Positions 53,809 to 64,000 of a stretch of 64,000 nt of DNA are shown here, piece after piece (position 1 is the stretch's first letter; every line of letters begins with the position of its first letter). The stretch comes from an uncultured Actinomycetota bacterium (GTDB lineage: Bacteria > Actinomycetota > Actinomycetes > JAFAQI01). The notes under the pieces were generated by a model. That model did no database searches. It was not told the DNA's origin and saw only the letters and a list, made by a program, of their open reading frames with translations. The position numbers and the translations under genes were made by a program. The DNA lies in contig CAVYQE010000001.1 in NCBI GenBank assembly GCA_963770565.1, forward strand, positions 1,344,001-1,408,000. Reading direction: 5' to 3'.

Positions 53809-55341
53809 ATGTTCGAAACCCTCTCCAGCCGGCTCGAGTCGGCGTTCGCGTCGCTGCGGGGCAAAGGCCGGCTCTCCGACGCCGACATCGACGCCACCGC
53901 GCGCGAGATCCGGATCGCCCTGCTCGAGGCCGACGTGGCACTGCCGGCGGTGCGGGAGTTCGTCGCGGCGGTCAAGGAGCGTGCGCACGGCGCGCAGGTC
54001 AGCCGCGCGCTTAACCCGGCCCAGCAGGTCATCAAGATCGTCAACGACGAGCTCGTCGAGATCCTCGGTGGCGAGACCCGCACGCTCACCCTCGCCAAGC
54101 ATCCGCCGACCGTGATCATGTTGGCCGGCCTGCAGGGCACCGGAAAGACCACGCTGGCGGGAAAGCTGGGTCGCTGGCTCAAGAACCAGCGGCATGCGCC
54201 CCTGCTCGTCGCGGCCGACCTCCAACGTCCGAACGCGGTCCAGCAGCTGCAGGTGGTCGGCGGCCAGGCCGGCGTGGACGTGTTCGCCCCCGAGCCCGGC
54301 AACGGGGTCGGCGATCCGGTCGCGGTCGCCAGGGCGGCCATCGAGCACGCGAAGCGGCTCGGGCACGACGTCGTCGTCGTCGACACCGCTGGCCGGCTCG
54401 GCCTCGACGCCGAGCTGATGGCGCAGGCCGCGGCGATCCGCGATGCGGTCCAGCCCGACGAGATCCTGTTCGTGGTCGACGCGATGATCGGCCAGGACGC
54501 CGTGACGACCGCCGAGGCGTTCCGCGACGGGGTCGGGTTCACCGGCGTGGTCCTGACCAAGCTCGACGGCGATGCCCGCGGCGGTGCCGCGCTCTCCGTT
54601 GCGAACGTCACGGGGCGGCCGATTCTGTTTGCCTCCACCGGGGAGAAGCTCGACGACTTCGACGTCTTCCACCCGGAGCGGATGGCGTCGCGCATTCTCG
54701 GCATGGGCGACATGCTGACCTTGATCGAGCAGGCCGAGCGGACGTTCGAAGCCGACGAGACCGCTCGGATGGCCGAGCGGATGCTCGGCGGCGACGGCGA
54801 GCTGACCCTCGAGGACTTCCTCGAGCAGATGCTGATGGTCAAGCGGATGGGGCCGATCGGCAACATCCTCGGGATGCTGCCCGGCATGGGTCAGATGAAG
54901 GACGCGATCGCGCAGATCGACGACCGCGATCTGGACCGGGTGGCCGCGATCATCCGCTCGATGACCCCGGCCGAGCGGCAGGACCCGAAGATCCTCAACG
55001 GCTCCCGCCGGGTACGAATTGCCCGCGGTGCCGGCGTCACCGTCAACGACGTCAACCAGCTCGTGAACCGCTTCGCCGACGCCCGCAAGATGATGAAGCA
55101 GGTCACCGGCGGGATGGCCGGTCCGGGCATGCGGCGCGCGACCAAGAAGGGCAAGAAGGGCAAGGGATCCTCGGCTCGATCCGGTCAGGGTGGCCGGTCG
55201 GGGCAGGGCGGCCGGATGCCGATGCGACCGGGTGCACCGGGGCTGTCCGGACTGAACCTCCCGCCCGGGATGTCGCTTCCGCCCGGATTGGCGCCGGATT
55301 TGTCCAACCTCAAGCTGCCGGGCGGCCCGGAGCCGACGTAG
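53809..55341 (+). CDS. ffh: Signal recognition particle protein
   Basis: ALLEADV, GLQGTGKTT, DTAGR, KLDGDARGG, RILGMGD, SMT..ER, SRR.RIA.G. Confidence 0.98.
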   Translation: MFETLSSRLESAFASLRGKGRLSDADIDATAREIRIALLEADVALPAVREFVAAVKERAHGAQVSRALNPAQQVIKIVNDELVEILGGETRTLTLAKHPPTVIMLAGLQGTGKTTLAGKLGRWLKNQRHAPLLVAADLQRPNAVQQLQVVGGQAGVDVFAPEPGNGVGDPVAVARAAIEHAKRLGHDVVVVDTAGRLGLDAELMAQAAAIRDAVQPDEILFVVDAMIGQDAVTTAEAFRDGVGFTGVVLTKLDGDARGGAALSVANVTGRPILFASTGEKLDDFDVFHPERMASRILGMGDMLTLIEQAERTFEADETARMAERMLGGDGELTLEDFLEQMLMVKRMGPIGNILGMLPGMGQMKDAIAQIDDRDLDRVAAIIRSMTPAERQDPKILNGSRRVRIARGAGVTVNDVNQLVNRFADARKMMKQVTGGMAGPGMRRATKKGKKGKGSSARSGQGGRSGQGGRMPMRPGAPGLSGLNLPPGMSLPPGLAPDLSNLKLPGGPEPT

Positions 55342-55384
55342 CGGCGTACTGAAGTGCCGGCTCCGACCGGCCGATGCAGCCAAG

Positions 55385-55765
55385 GTGGAGTCCTGCTACG
55401 CCTGCGGCGCGTCGCTGAGCGAAGCCGCGCAGTGGTGCGGGCAGTGCTATGCCCCGCGCGGACGGGCCGCGAACGCACCGTCACCCACGATGACGGCGAC
55501 GATGGCGCCGACCCGGCCGATGCCGGCGAAGGCAACCCTGCCCCCGCAGGTGGTCAAGACCCGGTGGCGCAAGACCCAGACCACGTTCGGTCCGATCGGC
55601 CGGGTGCTGTGCACGCTCGGGCTGGTCATCGTGTTCATCGTGCTGGTGGTCGCCGCCATCCTCACCGGTGGCTTGGGCGTGTTCGGCGCCTGCTTGTGGG
55701 GCTTCGTGGTGATGCCCTGGGCATTGCGCGACGTGTGGCGGGCCGGAGCGCTGCCGGTCAGCTAG
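55385..55765 (+). CDS. Hypothetical Zn-ribbon membrane protein
   Basis: CYAC...CGQC followed by a Pro/Thr linker and two hydrophobic helices; fills the ffh-rpsP gap. Confidence 0.65.
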   Translation: MESCYACGASLSEAAQWCGQCYAPRGRAANAPSPTMTATMAPTRPMPAKATLPPQVVKTRWRKTQTTFGPIGRVLCTLGLVIVFIVLVVAAILTGGLGVFGACLWGFVVMPWALRDVWRAGALPVS

Positions 55766-55893
55766 AGCCGTCGTCCCGCCCGCTGGGCGGGTTCCTCTGG
55801 CAGAATGGCCGGGAGCACTCGGCAGACCAGGCGCGCCAGGCCGGCTTCAGCACGAAGCGTACGTCGCGCACATATTTGGGAGAGCAACACTTC

Positions 55894-56514
55894 GTGGCAA
55901 CCAAGATCCGACTCATGCGCCTCGGCAAGATCCGCGCACCGTACTACCGAATCGTCGTCGCCGACGCACGCACCAAGCGTGAGGGTCGCGTGATCGAGAC
56001 GATCGGCAAGTACCACCCGAAGCAGGACCCCTCGCTGATCGAGGTCGACTCCGAGCGGGCCCGCTACTGGTTGTCGGTCGGTGCCCAGCCGACCGAGCCG
56101 GTGGCCGCGATCCTGAAGCTGACCGGCGACTGGCAGGCCCATCACGGCCAGCCGGCACCCGAGCACGGCGTCCGCACCGCGGCCCCGCGCGAGGACCGCA
56201 AGGCGATCTTCGACGCGGCCGCGAAGGAAACCCTCGAGGCCGCCGAGAAGCCGGCCAAGAAGACCGCGGCGAAGAAGGCCGCGCCGGCAAAGAAGGCCGC
56301 CGCGCCGGCAGAGCCGGCTGAGGAAGCCGCCGCGCCGGCTGCGGAAGCCGCGCCAGCCGCGGAAGAGGCGCCGGCTGCGGAAGAGGCGCCGGCTGCGGAA
56401 GCCGCACCTGCCGCGGAGGAAGCCGCGCCCGCTGCGGAGGACGCCGCGCCCGCTGCGGAAGAGGCGCCGGCTGCGGAGGAAGCGCCGGCCGCTGAAGCGG
56501 AAGCCGCAGAATAG
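55894..56514 (+). CDS. rpsP: 30S ribosomal protein S16 with long Ala/Glu/Pro tail
   Basis: [30 protein letters not shown]; AEEAPA repeats. Confidence 0.96.
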   Translation: MATKIRLMRLGKIRAPYYRIVVADARTKREGRVIETIGKYHPKQDPSLIEVDSERARYWLSVGAQPTEPVAAILKLTGDWQAHHGQPAPEHGVRTAAPREDRKAIFDAAAKETLEAAEKPAKKTAAKKAAPAKKAAAPAEPAEEAAAPAAEAAPAAEEAPAAEEAPAAEAAPAAEEAAPAAEDAAPAAEEAPAAEEAPAAEAEAAE

Positions 56515-56753
56515 TGCTCGAGGACGCGCTGGAGCACCTGGTGCGTGGGATCGTCGATCATCCCGATGACGTCACGGTCGACCTGATCGAGCGCCGGCAG
56601 GGCCGGGTGCTCGAGGTCCGGGTCCACCCTGACGATCTCGGCAAGGTGATCGGGCGGGCCGGCCGAACCGCCAAGGCGCTGCGTACGGTGATGACCGCGC
56701 TCGGCGGTCGGGGGATTCGGGTCGACCTGGTGGACGTCGACCGCGGCCGGTAG
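56514..56753 (+). CDS. khpA: KH-domain RNA-binding protein
   Basis: VHPDDLGKVIGRAGRTAKALR. Confidence 0.93.
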   Translation: MLEDALEHLVRGIVDHPDDVTVDLIERRQGRVLEVRVHPDDLGKVIGRAGRTAKALRTVMTALGGRGIRVDLVDVDRGR

Positions 56754-56757
56754 TCCG

Positions 56758-57267
56758 GTGCAGCTCGTCGTCGGGCGGATCGCGAAGGCACACGGCATCG
56801 GTGGCGAGGTTTCGGTCGACGTCCGCACCGACGACCCGGACCACCGCTTCGCCGACGGCGCGAAGCTCGACACCGAACCGGCCGATCGCGGGCCGCTCGT
56901 CGTACAAGCCACCCGCTGGCATTCCGGCCGGCTGCTGGTCCGCTTCGCCGGTGTCGGCGATCGCAGCGCCGCTGAGGCCCTGCGCGGCGCCCTGCTGGTG
57001 GCCGACTCCGCGACCAGCGCCGCCTCAGCGGACGACGACGAGTTCTGGGACCACGACCTGATCGGCCTCGACGCGGTCGGCGCGGACCAGGCGCTGATCG
57101 GCCAGGTCGCCGACGTCTTGCACCCGCCGGGGTCGGACCTGCTGGTGATCCGCCGGCCGGACGGAACCGAAGCGCTCGTGCCGTTCGTCGCCGCGATGGT
57201 GCCGGCCGTGCAGCTGGCCGCCCGCCGGATCGTCATCACGCCCCCGCCGGGACTGTTGGAGCTGTGA
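56758..57267 (+). CDS. rimM: Ribosome maturation factor RimM
   Basis: VGRIAKAHGIGGEV, DLIGL, LVPFV, PPGLL. Confidence 0.94.
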   Translation: MQLVVGRIAKAHGIGGEVSVDVRTDDPDHRFADGAKLDTEPADRGPLVVQATRWHSGRLLVRFAGVGDRSAAEALRGALLVADSATSAASADDDEFWDHDLIGLDAVGADQALIGQVADVLHPPGSDLLVIRRPDGTEALVPFVAAMVPAVQLAARRIVITPPPGLLEL

Positions 57268-57962
57268 TGCGGATCGACGTCATCACGATCTTTCCGGACT
57301 ACTTCGCCCCGCTCGATGTCTCGCTGCTCGGAAAGGCACGCTCCGGCGGCTTGCTCGACGTACGGGTGCACAACCTGCGTGACCACACCGACGACGTGCA
57401 TCGAAGCGTCGACGACTCGCCGTACGGCGGCGGGCCGGGGATGCTGATGCGACCGGAGCCTTGGGGGAGAGCGATCGACGCGGTGGTCGCGGACTCGTCC
57501 GGACCGCCGTCGCTGCTGGTCGTGCCGACCCCCTCCGGCCGGCGCTTCACCCAGGCGGACGCGCTGGCCTGGAGCGAGCTGCCCGGCCTGGTCGTGGCCT
57601 GTGGTCGCTACGAGGGCATCGACGCCCGCGTGGTGGCCGACGCCGAGACCCGGATGCCGGTCGCGGAGGTGTCGATCGGCGACTACGTGCTGGCCGGCGG
57701 CGAGGCGGCGGCTCTGGTCATCATCGAAACCGTCGCGAGGCTGTTGCCGGGGTTCATGGGCAACGCCGCGTCGCCGCTCGACGACTCGTTCTCCGCCCAT
57801 CCGGGCCGGCTCGAGGCGCCGTCCTACACCCGGCCGCCGGTCTGGCGCGGTCTCGGGGTGCCCGACGTCCTGCTCTCCGGTGACCACGCCGCGATCGCGC
57901 GCTGGCGCGCGGCCGAATCGCTGCGGCGGACCCGCGATCGACGACCCGACCTGGCCGACTGA
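57264..57962 (+). CDS. trmD: tRNA (guanine37-N1)-methyltransferase
   Basis: [41 protein letters not shown]. Confidence 0.97.
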   Translation: MMRIDVITIFPDYFAPLDVSLLGKARSGGLLDVRVHNLRDHTDDVHRSVDDSPYGGGPGMLMRPEPWGRAIDAVVADSSGPPSLLVVPTPSGRRFTQADALAWSELPGLVVACGRYEGIDARVVADAETRMPVAEVSIGDYVLAGGEAAALVIIETVARLLPGFMGNAASPLDDSFSAHPGRLEAPSYTRPPVWRGLGVPDVLLSGDHAAIARWRAAESLRRTRDRRPDLAD

Positions 57963-58084
57963 GATGCCCGGCCGGCGCCGATCGCCGATTACCCCCTCCC
58001 GGGCCGGTTGTGGCACAGTGGAGGGCACCGCCTGACCTGCTGCGCTGCGTTTCGGCGCGCCCGCGAACCAAGGAATCGACGACC

Positions 58085-58444
58085 ATGCAGACGCTCGACT
58101 CGATCGATGCGGCATCGCTGCGCAGCGACATCCCGGCGTTTCGCCCCGGCGACACCGTCAAGGTGCACGTCAAGGTGGTCGAGGGCACCCGCAGCCGGGT
58201 GCAGGTCTTCCAGGGCGTGGTCATCCGCCGTCACGGCGGCGGCGTACGCGAGACCTTCACGGTCCGCAAGGTGAGCTTCGGCGTCGGGGTCGAGCGGACC
58301 TTCCCGGTACATTCACCGGTCGTCGACCACCTCGAAGTCGTGATGCGTGGCGACGTACGACGGGCCAAGCTCTACTACCTGCGCGACCTGCGCGGCAAGA
58401 AGGCGAAGATCAAGGAGAAGCGCGACGCGGTTCCCAGCCGCTGA
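58085..58444 (+). CDS. rplS: 50S ribosomal protein L19
   Basis: [37 protein letters not shown]. Confidence 0.98.
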   Translation: MQTLDSIDAASLRSDIPAFRPGDTVKVHVKVVEGTRSRVQVFQGVVIRRHGGGVRETFTVRKVSFGVGVERTFPVHSPVVDHLEVVMRGDVRRAKLYYLRDLRGKKAKIKEKRDAVPSR

Positions 58445-58470
58445 CCTCCCTGCATCGCCCCGCCGTTGCC

Positions 58471-59235
58471 ATGAGTGAGAGCGTCGATGAGACGGTGGTG
58501 CTCCCGGGCAAGCATCGCGCCCCGTCGTCCGGCCGCTCCTTCTGGCGCGAGCTCCCGGTCCTCGTCATCGTGGCCCTCGTTCTGGCCCTGTTGATCAAGA
58601 CCTTTCTCGTGCAGGCGTTCTACATCCCGTCCGCGTCGATGGAGGACACCTTGCAGGGCGGGCCGGAGTTTCCCGGTGGCCCGACCGCCGGCCATCCCTA
58701 CGACCGGGTGCTGGTCAACAAGCTGGTCTATGACTTCCGCAGCCCGCGTCGCGGCGAGGTCATCGTGTTCAAGAAGCCGCCGGGGTGGCCCAACGAGTCG
58801 ACCATCACGACGCCGAGCAACCCGATCGCCAGGTTCTTCCACGAGATCGCATCGGCGATCGGCATCGCCCCGTCCGGCGGCAGCGACTTCATCAAGCGGG
58901 TCATCGGGGTGGCCGGCGACCACGTTGCCTGCTGCAACGCGAACAACCAGATCACCGTCAACGGGCATGCGCTGACCGAGCCCTACATCGACCTGACCAC
59001 CGCCGATCCGGGCCAGCACGCAGCGGCGTACCAGCCGTTCCACATCACCGTGCCGGCCGGCGACCTGTTCGTGATGGGCGACCACCGGGACGACTCCGAC
59101 GACTCGCGGATCAACGGCCCGGTTCCGGTGAGCGACGTGATCGGGCGGGCGTTCGTGGTGATCTGGCCGCACTCCGACTGGAAGACCTTGCCGGTGCCTG
59201 AGACCTTCGACCAACCCGGTCTGAAGGGCGGCTGA
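58471..59235 (+). CDS. lepB: Signal peptidase I (copy 1)
   Basis: IPSASME (Ser), FIKRVIG (Lys), MGDHRDDSDDSR. Confidence 0.93.
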   Translation: MSESVDETVVLPGKHRAPSSGRSFWRELPVLVIVALVLALLIKTFLVQAFYIPSASMEDTLQGGPEFPGGPTAGHPYDRVLVNKLVYDFRSPRRGEVIVFKKPPGWPNESTITTPSNPIARFFHEIASAIGIAPSGGSDFIKRVIGVAGDHVACCNANNQITVNGHALTEPYIDLTTADPGQHAAAYQPFHITVPAGDLFVMGDHRDDSDDSRINGPVPVSDVIGRAFVVIWPHSDWKTLPVPETFDQPGLKGG

Positions 59236-59271
59236 TAGTCCGGGCGGGGCTGGCCACGTACGCTTCCACAG

Positions 59272-60132
59272 ATGCCTGACGCCGACCACGTTGACGCCAA
59301 GGCACGCCCGAAGGGCACGCCGCTCTGGCAGGAGTTCCCGGTGCTCCTGGTCATCGCGCTCGTGCTGGCGCTCGTGATCAAGACCTTCCTGGTGCAGGCG
59401 TTCTACATCCCGTCCGCGTCGATGGAGAACACCCTTCAGGGCGGCAACCCGACCGGTGCACCCGGGACCAGCGCGGGTCATCCCTACGACCGGGTGCTGG
59501 TCAACAAGCTCGCCTACGACTTCTCCTCGCCGCGACGCGGCGACATCGTGGTGTTCAAAGGCCCGCCGAGCTGGCCGGACGAGTCGGAGTTCACCACGCC
59601 GAGCAACCCGATCGAGCGGGTGCTGCACGACATCGGTGCGGCGATCGGGCTGGCGCCGTCGACGAGCAGCGACTTCGTTAAGCGGGTCATCGGTGTCGGT
59701 GGCGACACGATCACCTGCAAGCACGACGTGCTCGCGGTCAACGGGCATCCACTGTCCGAGCCGTATCTGTATCCCCACTCGCATCCCTGCTCCTCGGACC
59801 AGTTCGCGGGCAAGACCGTCCATGTCGGCGCCGGCCAGATCTTCGTCATGGGTGACCACCGCGACAACTCGGAGGACTCCCGGGTCAACGGCCCGGTCCC
59901 GGTCAGCGACGTGATCGGCCGGGCGTTCGTGGTGATCTGGCCGATCTCGCAGTGGAAGACCCTGCCGGTGCCGGCCACCTTCAGCCAGCCCGGGCTCGCG
60001 GCCGCGAGCACTCACACCGGCTGGCTGGTGCTCGCCCTCGTCCTCGTGGCGATCGCGGTCGTCATCGCGCTGATCGCGGTGGTGCGCCGACGTCGCCGGG
60101 CCCCGCCGACGTACGCTGCCGGGGATGGCTGA
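59272..60132 (+). CDS. lepB: Signal peptidase I (copy 2, extra C-terminal TM helix)
   Basis: [26 protein letters not shown]; C-terminal hydrophobic helix then RRRRR. Confidence 0.93.
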   Translation: MPDADHVDAKARPKGTPLWQEFPVLLVIALVLALVIKTFLVQAFYIPSASMENTLQGGNPTGAPGTSAGHPYDRVLVNKLAYDFSSPRRGDIVVFKGPPSWPDESEFTTPSNPIERVLHDIGAAIGLAPSTSSDFVKRVIGVGGDTITCKHDVLAVNGHPLSEPYLYPHSHPCSSDQFAGKTVHVGAGQIFVMGDHRDNSEDSRVNGPVPVSDVIGRAFVVIWPISQWKTLPVPATFSQPGLAAASTHTGWLVLALVLVAIAVVIALIAVVRRRRRAPPTYAAGDG

Positions 60133-60838
60133 GCCGGCTCCGCGCGCTGACGTGCTGACCCGCACGACGGTACGTCGTGACGCGGGCCTGTACGGCTACG
60201 AGCGCGCCCTCGCCCGGCGCGGGCTGACCCCGGTGGCAGGCGTCGACGAGGCCGGTCGCGGTGCCTGCGCGGGACCGCTCGTGGTCGCGGCCGCGGTGCT
60301 GCCGCCCGGCAAGCGCGGCGAGGTGCCCGGGCTGGCCGACTCGAAGCTGCTGACCCCACTGGCCCGGGAGCGGGTCTACGCCCAGATCATCCGGCGGGCG
60401 GCTTCGTGGTCGGCGATCGTCATCCCGCCCCAGGAGGTCGACCGGATCGGGCTGCACGTGGCGAACGTCCTGGGCATGCGCCGCGCACTCGCTCAGCTGA
60501 CGGTGACCCCGGCGTATGCACTGACCGACGGGTTCCCGGTGCCGGGGCTCGACGTACCAGGCCTTGCGGTGTGGAAGGGCGACCGGGTGGCGGCCTGCAT
60601 CGCGGCCGCTTCAGTGGTGGCCAAGGTCACCCGGGACCGGCTGATGGTGGCGCTGCACGAACACTGGCCGGTGTATGACTTCGCGACCCACAAGGGCTAT
60701 TGCACGGCTGACCATCAGGCCGCGCTGGACGAGCATGGGCCGTGTCCGGAGCACCGCCGCTCGTATGTCAACGTTCGAGCCGCCGAATCGGCCGCAGCCG
60801 CCGATCGGGATCTCGAGGAATGGGGGCTGATCTCGTGA
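60125..60838 (+). CDS. rnhB: Ribonuclease HII
   Basis: [37 protein letters not shown]. Confidence 0.96.
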   Translation: MAEPAPRADVLTRTTVRRDAGLYGYERALARRGLTPVAGVDEAGRGACAGPLVVAAAVLPPGKRGEVPGLADSKLLTPLARERVYAQIIRRAASWSAIVIPPQEVDRIGLHVANVLGMRRALAQLTVTPAYALTDGFPVPGLDVPGLAVWKGDRVAACIAAASVVAKVTRDRLMVALHEHWPVYDFATHKGYCTADHQAALDEHGPCPEHRRSYVNVRAAESAAAADRDLEEWGLIS

Positions 60839-61146
60839 GCGCCGAGGATCTCGAGAAGTACGAGACCGACATGGAGCTTCAGCTGTATCGGGAGTATCGC
60901 GACGTCGTTCGGCTGTTCAGCTACGTCGTCGAGACCGAGCGGCGCTTCTACCTCACCAACGACGTCGAGCTGATCCAGCACACCGAGGGCGGCGAGACCT
61001 ACTTCGAGGCGATCATGCAGGACGCCTGGGTCTGGGACATGTATCGCCCGGCCCGCTTCGTGAAGAACGTCCGGGTGCTGACGTTCAAGGACGTCAACAT
61101 CGAGGAGCTGCCGAAGTCCGACCTCGAGGTCCCCGAAGGCCACTAG
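60835..61146 (+). CDS. DUF2469-family protein
   Basis: [41 protein letters not shown]. Confidence 0.92.
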   Translation: MSAEDLEKYETDMELQLYREYRDVVRLFSYVVETERRFYLTNDVELIQHTEGGETYFEAIMQDAWVWDMYRPARFVKNVRVLTFKDVNIEELPKSDLEVPEGH

Positions 61147-61252
61147 CGACACCTGGTCCACAGCCGCCGCTCGTTCGCCCGCCGTCCACAACCACCGACT
61201 GCCGGCCCACTGCACCTGCCCGCTGACCGATGGTGGTCGCGGAGGTGGTCAC

Positions 61253-61606
61253 ATGCTCGCCAAGGATTCGGTGGGGAAGCACGGCGAGGATCTCGCGGCC
61301 CGGCATTTCGTCGGGGCCGGCATGGTCGTGCTCGCGCGCAACTGGCGCTGCCCGGTGGGCGAGATCGACATCGTCGCTCGCGACGGCTCGGCGCTGGTGA
61401 TCGCCGAGGTCAAGACCCGGACGTCGACCGCCTTCGGCCGGCCGGTGGAGGCGGTCACCGAGCGCAAGGCGGACAAGCTCCGCGAGCTCGCCCTGATGTG
61501 GCTGCGCGAGCATCCGCACCGCGGCGCGGTCCGCTTCGATGTCGTCGGGGTGTTGCTGCCGAAGTCGGGCTCGGCCCAGCTCGAGCACCTGCGCGGGGTG
61601 CTCTAG
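61253..61606 (+). CDS. yraN: YraN-family (UPF0102) putative endonuclease
   Basis: G..GE, RNWRC..GEIDIV, EVKTR, RFDV. Confidence 0.92.
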   Translation: MLAKDSVGKHGEDLAARHFVGAGMVVLARNWRCPVGEIDIVARDGSALVIAEVKTRTSTAFGRPVEAVTERKADKLRELALMWLREHPHRGAVRFDVVGVLLPKSGSAQLEHLRGVL

Positions 61607-63153
61607 TGGCACTCGGGCAGACGTTGTCGGTGGTGCTCACCGGCCTGGAGGCCCGGGTCGTGACGGTCGAGGCCGATATCGGCACCGGGCTTCCGACCAT
61701 GGCGTGGACCGGCCTTCCGGACACCGCGGTGCGCCAGTCCGAGAAGCGGATCAGATCGGCGGTGGGCAGCTCCCGCGAGCCGTGGCCACAGCACCGGATC
61801 ACGGTCGGGTTGTCCCCGGCGTCGGTGCCCAAGTCGGGCAGCGGCTTCGACCTCGCGATCGCGGTCGCGGTGCTCGCCGGCTCGGGTGCGATCGAGCCGG
61901 CCTCGGTGCGCGAGGTCGTGATGATCGGTGAGTTGGGGCTCGACGGCCGGGTGCACTCGGTGCCGGGGGTGCTGCCGGCCGTGATCGGGGCGGTCCGGAG
62001 CGGCTGTGTGAGCGTGGTGGTGCCACGGGCGAACGCCGGCGAGGCGATGCTCGTCCCCGGGGTCGATGTTGTCGCGGTCGGCTCGCTCGCCGAGTTGTGT
62101 GCCCGGTTGCGCGGTGAGCCGGTCGAGGTCGAAGACCTGCCGGCGGCTGCGCCCCGCGCGGCCGAGGCACTGCCCGACCTGTGTGACGTGGTCGGCCAGG
62201 ACGAGGCTCGCCGGGCGATGGAGATCGCCGCAGCCGGCGGCCACCACGTCCTGCTCACCGGGCCGCCCGGGGTCGGCAAGACCATGCTGGCTGAACGGCT
62301 GCCCGGTCTGCTGCCCGACCTGCTCCCCGACGAGGCGCTCGAGGTGACCGCGATCCACTCGCTGCTCGGTCGGTTGCCGGCCGGCCGGCCTTTGATCATC
62401 CGGCCACCGTTCTGCGCCCCGCACCATTCGGCCTCGGTCGCGTCGCTGGTCGGCGGCGGCTCCGGCATCCCCGGTCCCGGCACGATCTCGCTGGCCCACC
62501 GAGGGGTGCTGTTCATCGACGAGGCCACCGAGTTCGCGCAGCGCGCCCTCGACGCACTGCGGCAGCCGATCGAGTCGGGCACGATCACGATCAACCGGGC
62601 CGGCGCCGCGGCGACCTACCCGTCCCGCTTCCAACTCGTCCTGGCGGCGAACCCCTGCCCGTGCGCCAAGGGCGGCCGGTCGACCGATCCCTCCAACTGC
62701 GTGTGTACGTCGGTCCAGCTGCGGGCGTACCAGAACCGGCTCTCCGGCCCGCTGCTCGACCGGATCGACCTGCGGGCCCGGCTGGCCCCGATCAGCCGTG
62801 CCGTCCTGACCGCCGGCGCGTCCGGGGAGCCCAGCGAGGTGGTGCGGGAGCGAGTCGCGGCCGCGCGGGACCGGGCCGGCCGCCGACTGCGGGGAACGCC
62901 GTGGACGACGAACGCGCAGGTCCCCGGCCCGGTGTTGCGACGGCGCTGGGCGCTCCCGGCGGAGGCGCTGGGGCCGCTGAAGCTCGACGTCGACCGGCAG
63001 AAGCTGTCCACTCGCGGGATCGACCGGGTGCTCAAGGTCGCCTGGACGGTGGCGGATCTCGCCGGTCGAGACCTGCCCAACCTCGACGACGTCGAGACCG
63101 CGAGGTCGCTTCGCTTCGGCTCGGAGCCGGCCCGGCTGGTCCGGTCGGCATGA
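61606..63153 (+). CDS. comM: YifB/ComM Mg-chelatase-like AAA+ ATPase
   Basis: GLPD, K.GSGFDL, GELGLDG, GPPGVGKT, APHH, AANPCPC, SGPLLDRID. Confidence 0.92.
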   Translation: MALGQTLSVVLTGLEARVVTVEADIGTGLPTMAWTGLPDTAVRQSEKRIRSAVGSSREPWPQHRITVGLSPASVPKSGSGFDLAIAVAVLAGSGAIEPASVREVVMIGELGLDGRVHSVPGVLPAVIGAVRSGCVSVVVPRANAGEAMLVPGVDVVAVGSLAELCARLRGEPVEVEDLPAAAPRAAEALPDLCDVVGQDEARRAMEIAAAGGHHVLLTGPPGVGKTMLAERLPGLLPDLLPDEALEVTAIHSLLGRLPAGRPLIIRPPFCAPHHSASVASLVGGGSGIPGPGTISLAHRGVLFIDEATEFAQRALDALRQPIESGTITINRAGAAATYPSRFQLVLAANPCPCAKGGRSTDPSNCVCTSVQLRAYQNRLSGPLLDRIDLRARLAPISRAVLTAGASGEPSEVVRERVAAARDRAGRRLRGTPWTTNAQVPGPVLRRRWALPAEALGPLKLDVDRQKLSTRGIDRVLKVAWTVADLAGRDLPNLDDVETARSLRFGSEPARLVRSA

Positions 63154-64000
63154 GTGTCCCCGACGAGGAGCGGATCGCCCGGGCCGTCTTGCTGCGGGTC
63201 ACCGAGCCTGCCGTGCCCGGTGTCGTCCACCATGTGCGTGCGGTCGGGCCGCAACAAGCGGTCGAGGACATCCGGCGAGGGGTGCCGATCGGCCGGATCG
63301 ACGTCGAGGCGCTGACGCTGCGTGCCCTCGACGCCTCGGGTGAGCGCGATCTCGAAGCGGCCGGCCGGCTGGGCGCCCGGCTGGTCTGTCCCGGCGACGA
63401 CGAGTGGCCGCCCGGCCTGTCCGATCTCGACCACCATCACGCCGACTGCCTCGGGCTGTGGGTGCGCGGCCAACTGTCGTTGCGCGAGTCCTGCGAGCAG
63501 GCGGTGGCGATCGTCGGCACCCGGGCCGCGACCGACTACGGCCTCACGATCGCGGCCGACCTCGGGGTCGGCCTGGCCGAGCGCGGGTGGACCGTGGTCT
63601 CGGGGCTGGCATTCGGCATCGATGCCGCGGCGCATCGCGGTGCGCTCGCTGCCGGCGGTGCCACGATCGCCGTGCTCGCCTGTGGTGTAGACGTCGCCTA
63701 TCCCCGCGCGCACCGCCCGCTCTACGACCAGGTCGTCGCCGACGGTCTCGCGGTCAGCGAGCATCCGCCCGCCGCGGCGCCGCAACGAGCTCGGTTCCTG
63801 GTGCGCAACCGGTTGATCGCGGCGCTCAGCTCGGGCACCGTCGTGGTGGAGGCGGCACCGCGGAGCGGAGCCCGCTCGACCGCCCGGCACGCGGGCGAGC
63901 TGTTCCGGCAGGTCATGGCGGTGCCCGGTCCGATCACCTCGACGCTGTCCGCCGGCTGCCACCAGCTGCTCCGCGACCGACCGGACACCGTGCTGGTCAC
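63150..64000 (+). CDS. dprA: DNA-processing protein DprA (partial, runs off the window)
   Basis: Manual translation: VAIVGTRAAT.YG, VSGLAFGIDAAAH, RNRLIAALS, VVVEA..RSGA..TA, AVPG. Confidence 0.92.
   Translation, partial: MSVPDEERIARAVLLRVTEPAVPGVVHHVRAVGPQQAVEDIRRGVPIGRIDVEALTLRALDASGERDLEAAGRLGARLVCPGDDEWPPGLSDLDHHHADCLGLWVRGQLSLRESCEQAVAIVGTRAATDYGLTIAADLGVGLAERGWTVVSGLAFGIDAAAHRGALAAGGATIAVLACGVDVAYPRAHRPLYDQVVADGLAVSEHPPAAAPQRARFLVRNRLIAALSSGTVVVEAAPRSGARSTARHAGELFRQVMAVPGPITSTLSAGCHQLLRDRPDTVLV

Noticed and set aside
51934-55383. 1149-aa minus-strand ORF and similar long antisense ORFs (4160-6622, 37017-39239, 56142-58115)
   Set aside because: Shadow frames opposite well-supported genes; expected in high-GC DNA and without recognisable motifs
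56240-56510. Tandem DNA repeats at the end of rpsP
   Set aside because: They encode the low-complexity Ala/Glu/Pro tail common in actinobacterial S16
61253-64000. yraN-comM-dprA as a new system
   Set aside because: This is a well-known conserved cluster after rnhB in Actinomycetota

Overview
GC-rich chromosomal segment of an Actinomycetota genome. The taxon is inferred from actinobacterial gene order, HupB, SepIVA, DUF2469, CofC and GlnR/LexA/PafBC-type motifs. Most of the window is housekeeping: gatB; a near-complete branched-chain amino-acid cluster (ilvD, ilvBNC, leuA, leuB, ilvE, cimA, IclR-leuCD) with serA; gltX with tRNA-Gln and tRNA-Glu; hup-cofC-plsC-gpsA-ddl-thiL-thiD; rpmB-recG-rsmD-coaD-sepIVA-yceD-rpmF-ACP-rnc-mutM-acyP-smc-ftsY-glnD-ffh; and rpsP-khpA-rimM-trmD-rplS-lepB x2-rnhB-yraN-comM-dprA. 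The accessory or unannotated signals are: (1) a DUF222/HNH gene whose control region (LexA box, RecA-NDp/PafBC promoter, DnaA boxes, hairpins) is split off by a decayed IS481-family element with a 15-bp target duplication; (2) an unrelated Zn-finger HNH gene with a similar promoter whose reading frame ends antisense inside tRNA-Glu; (3) three short, probably leaderless attenuator peptides (ilvB, leuA, cimA); (4) a 31-bp-period palindromic array; (5) GlnR boxes directly in front of a glnD that lacks amtB-glnK and lacks a canonical start for its N-terminal region; (6) an orphan acyl carrier protein between rpmF and rnc. All calls come from reading the sequence and recognising motifs; no database searches were run. 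No CRISPR array or unmistakably new multi-gene system was found. The damage-regulated HNH cassettes are the best candidates.
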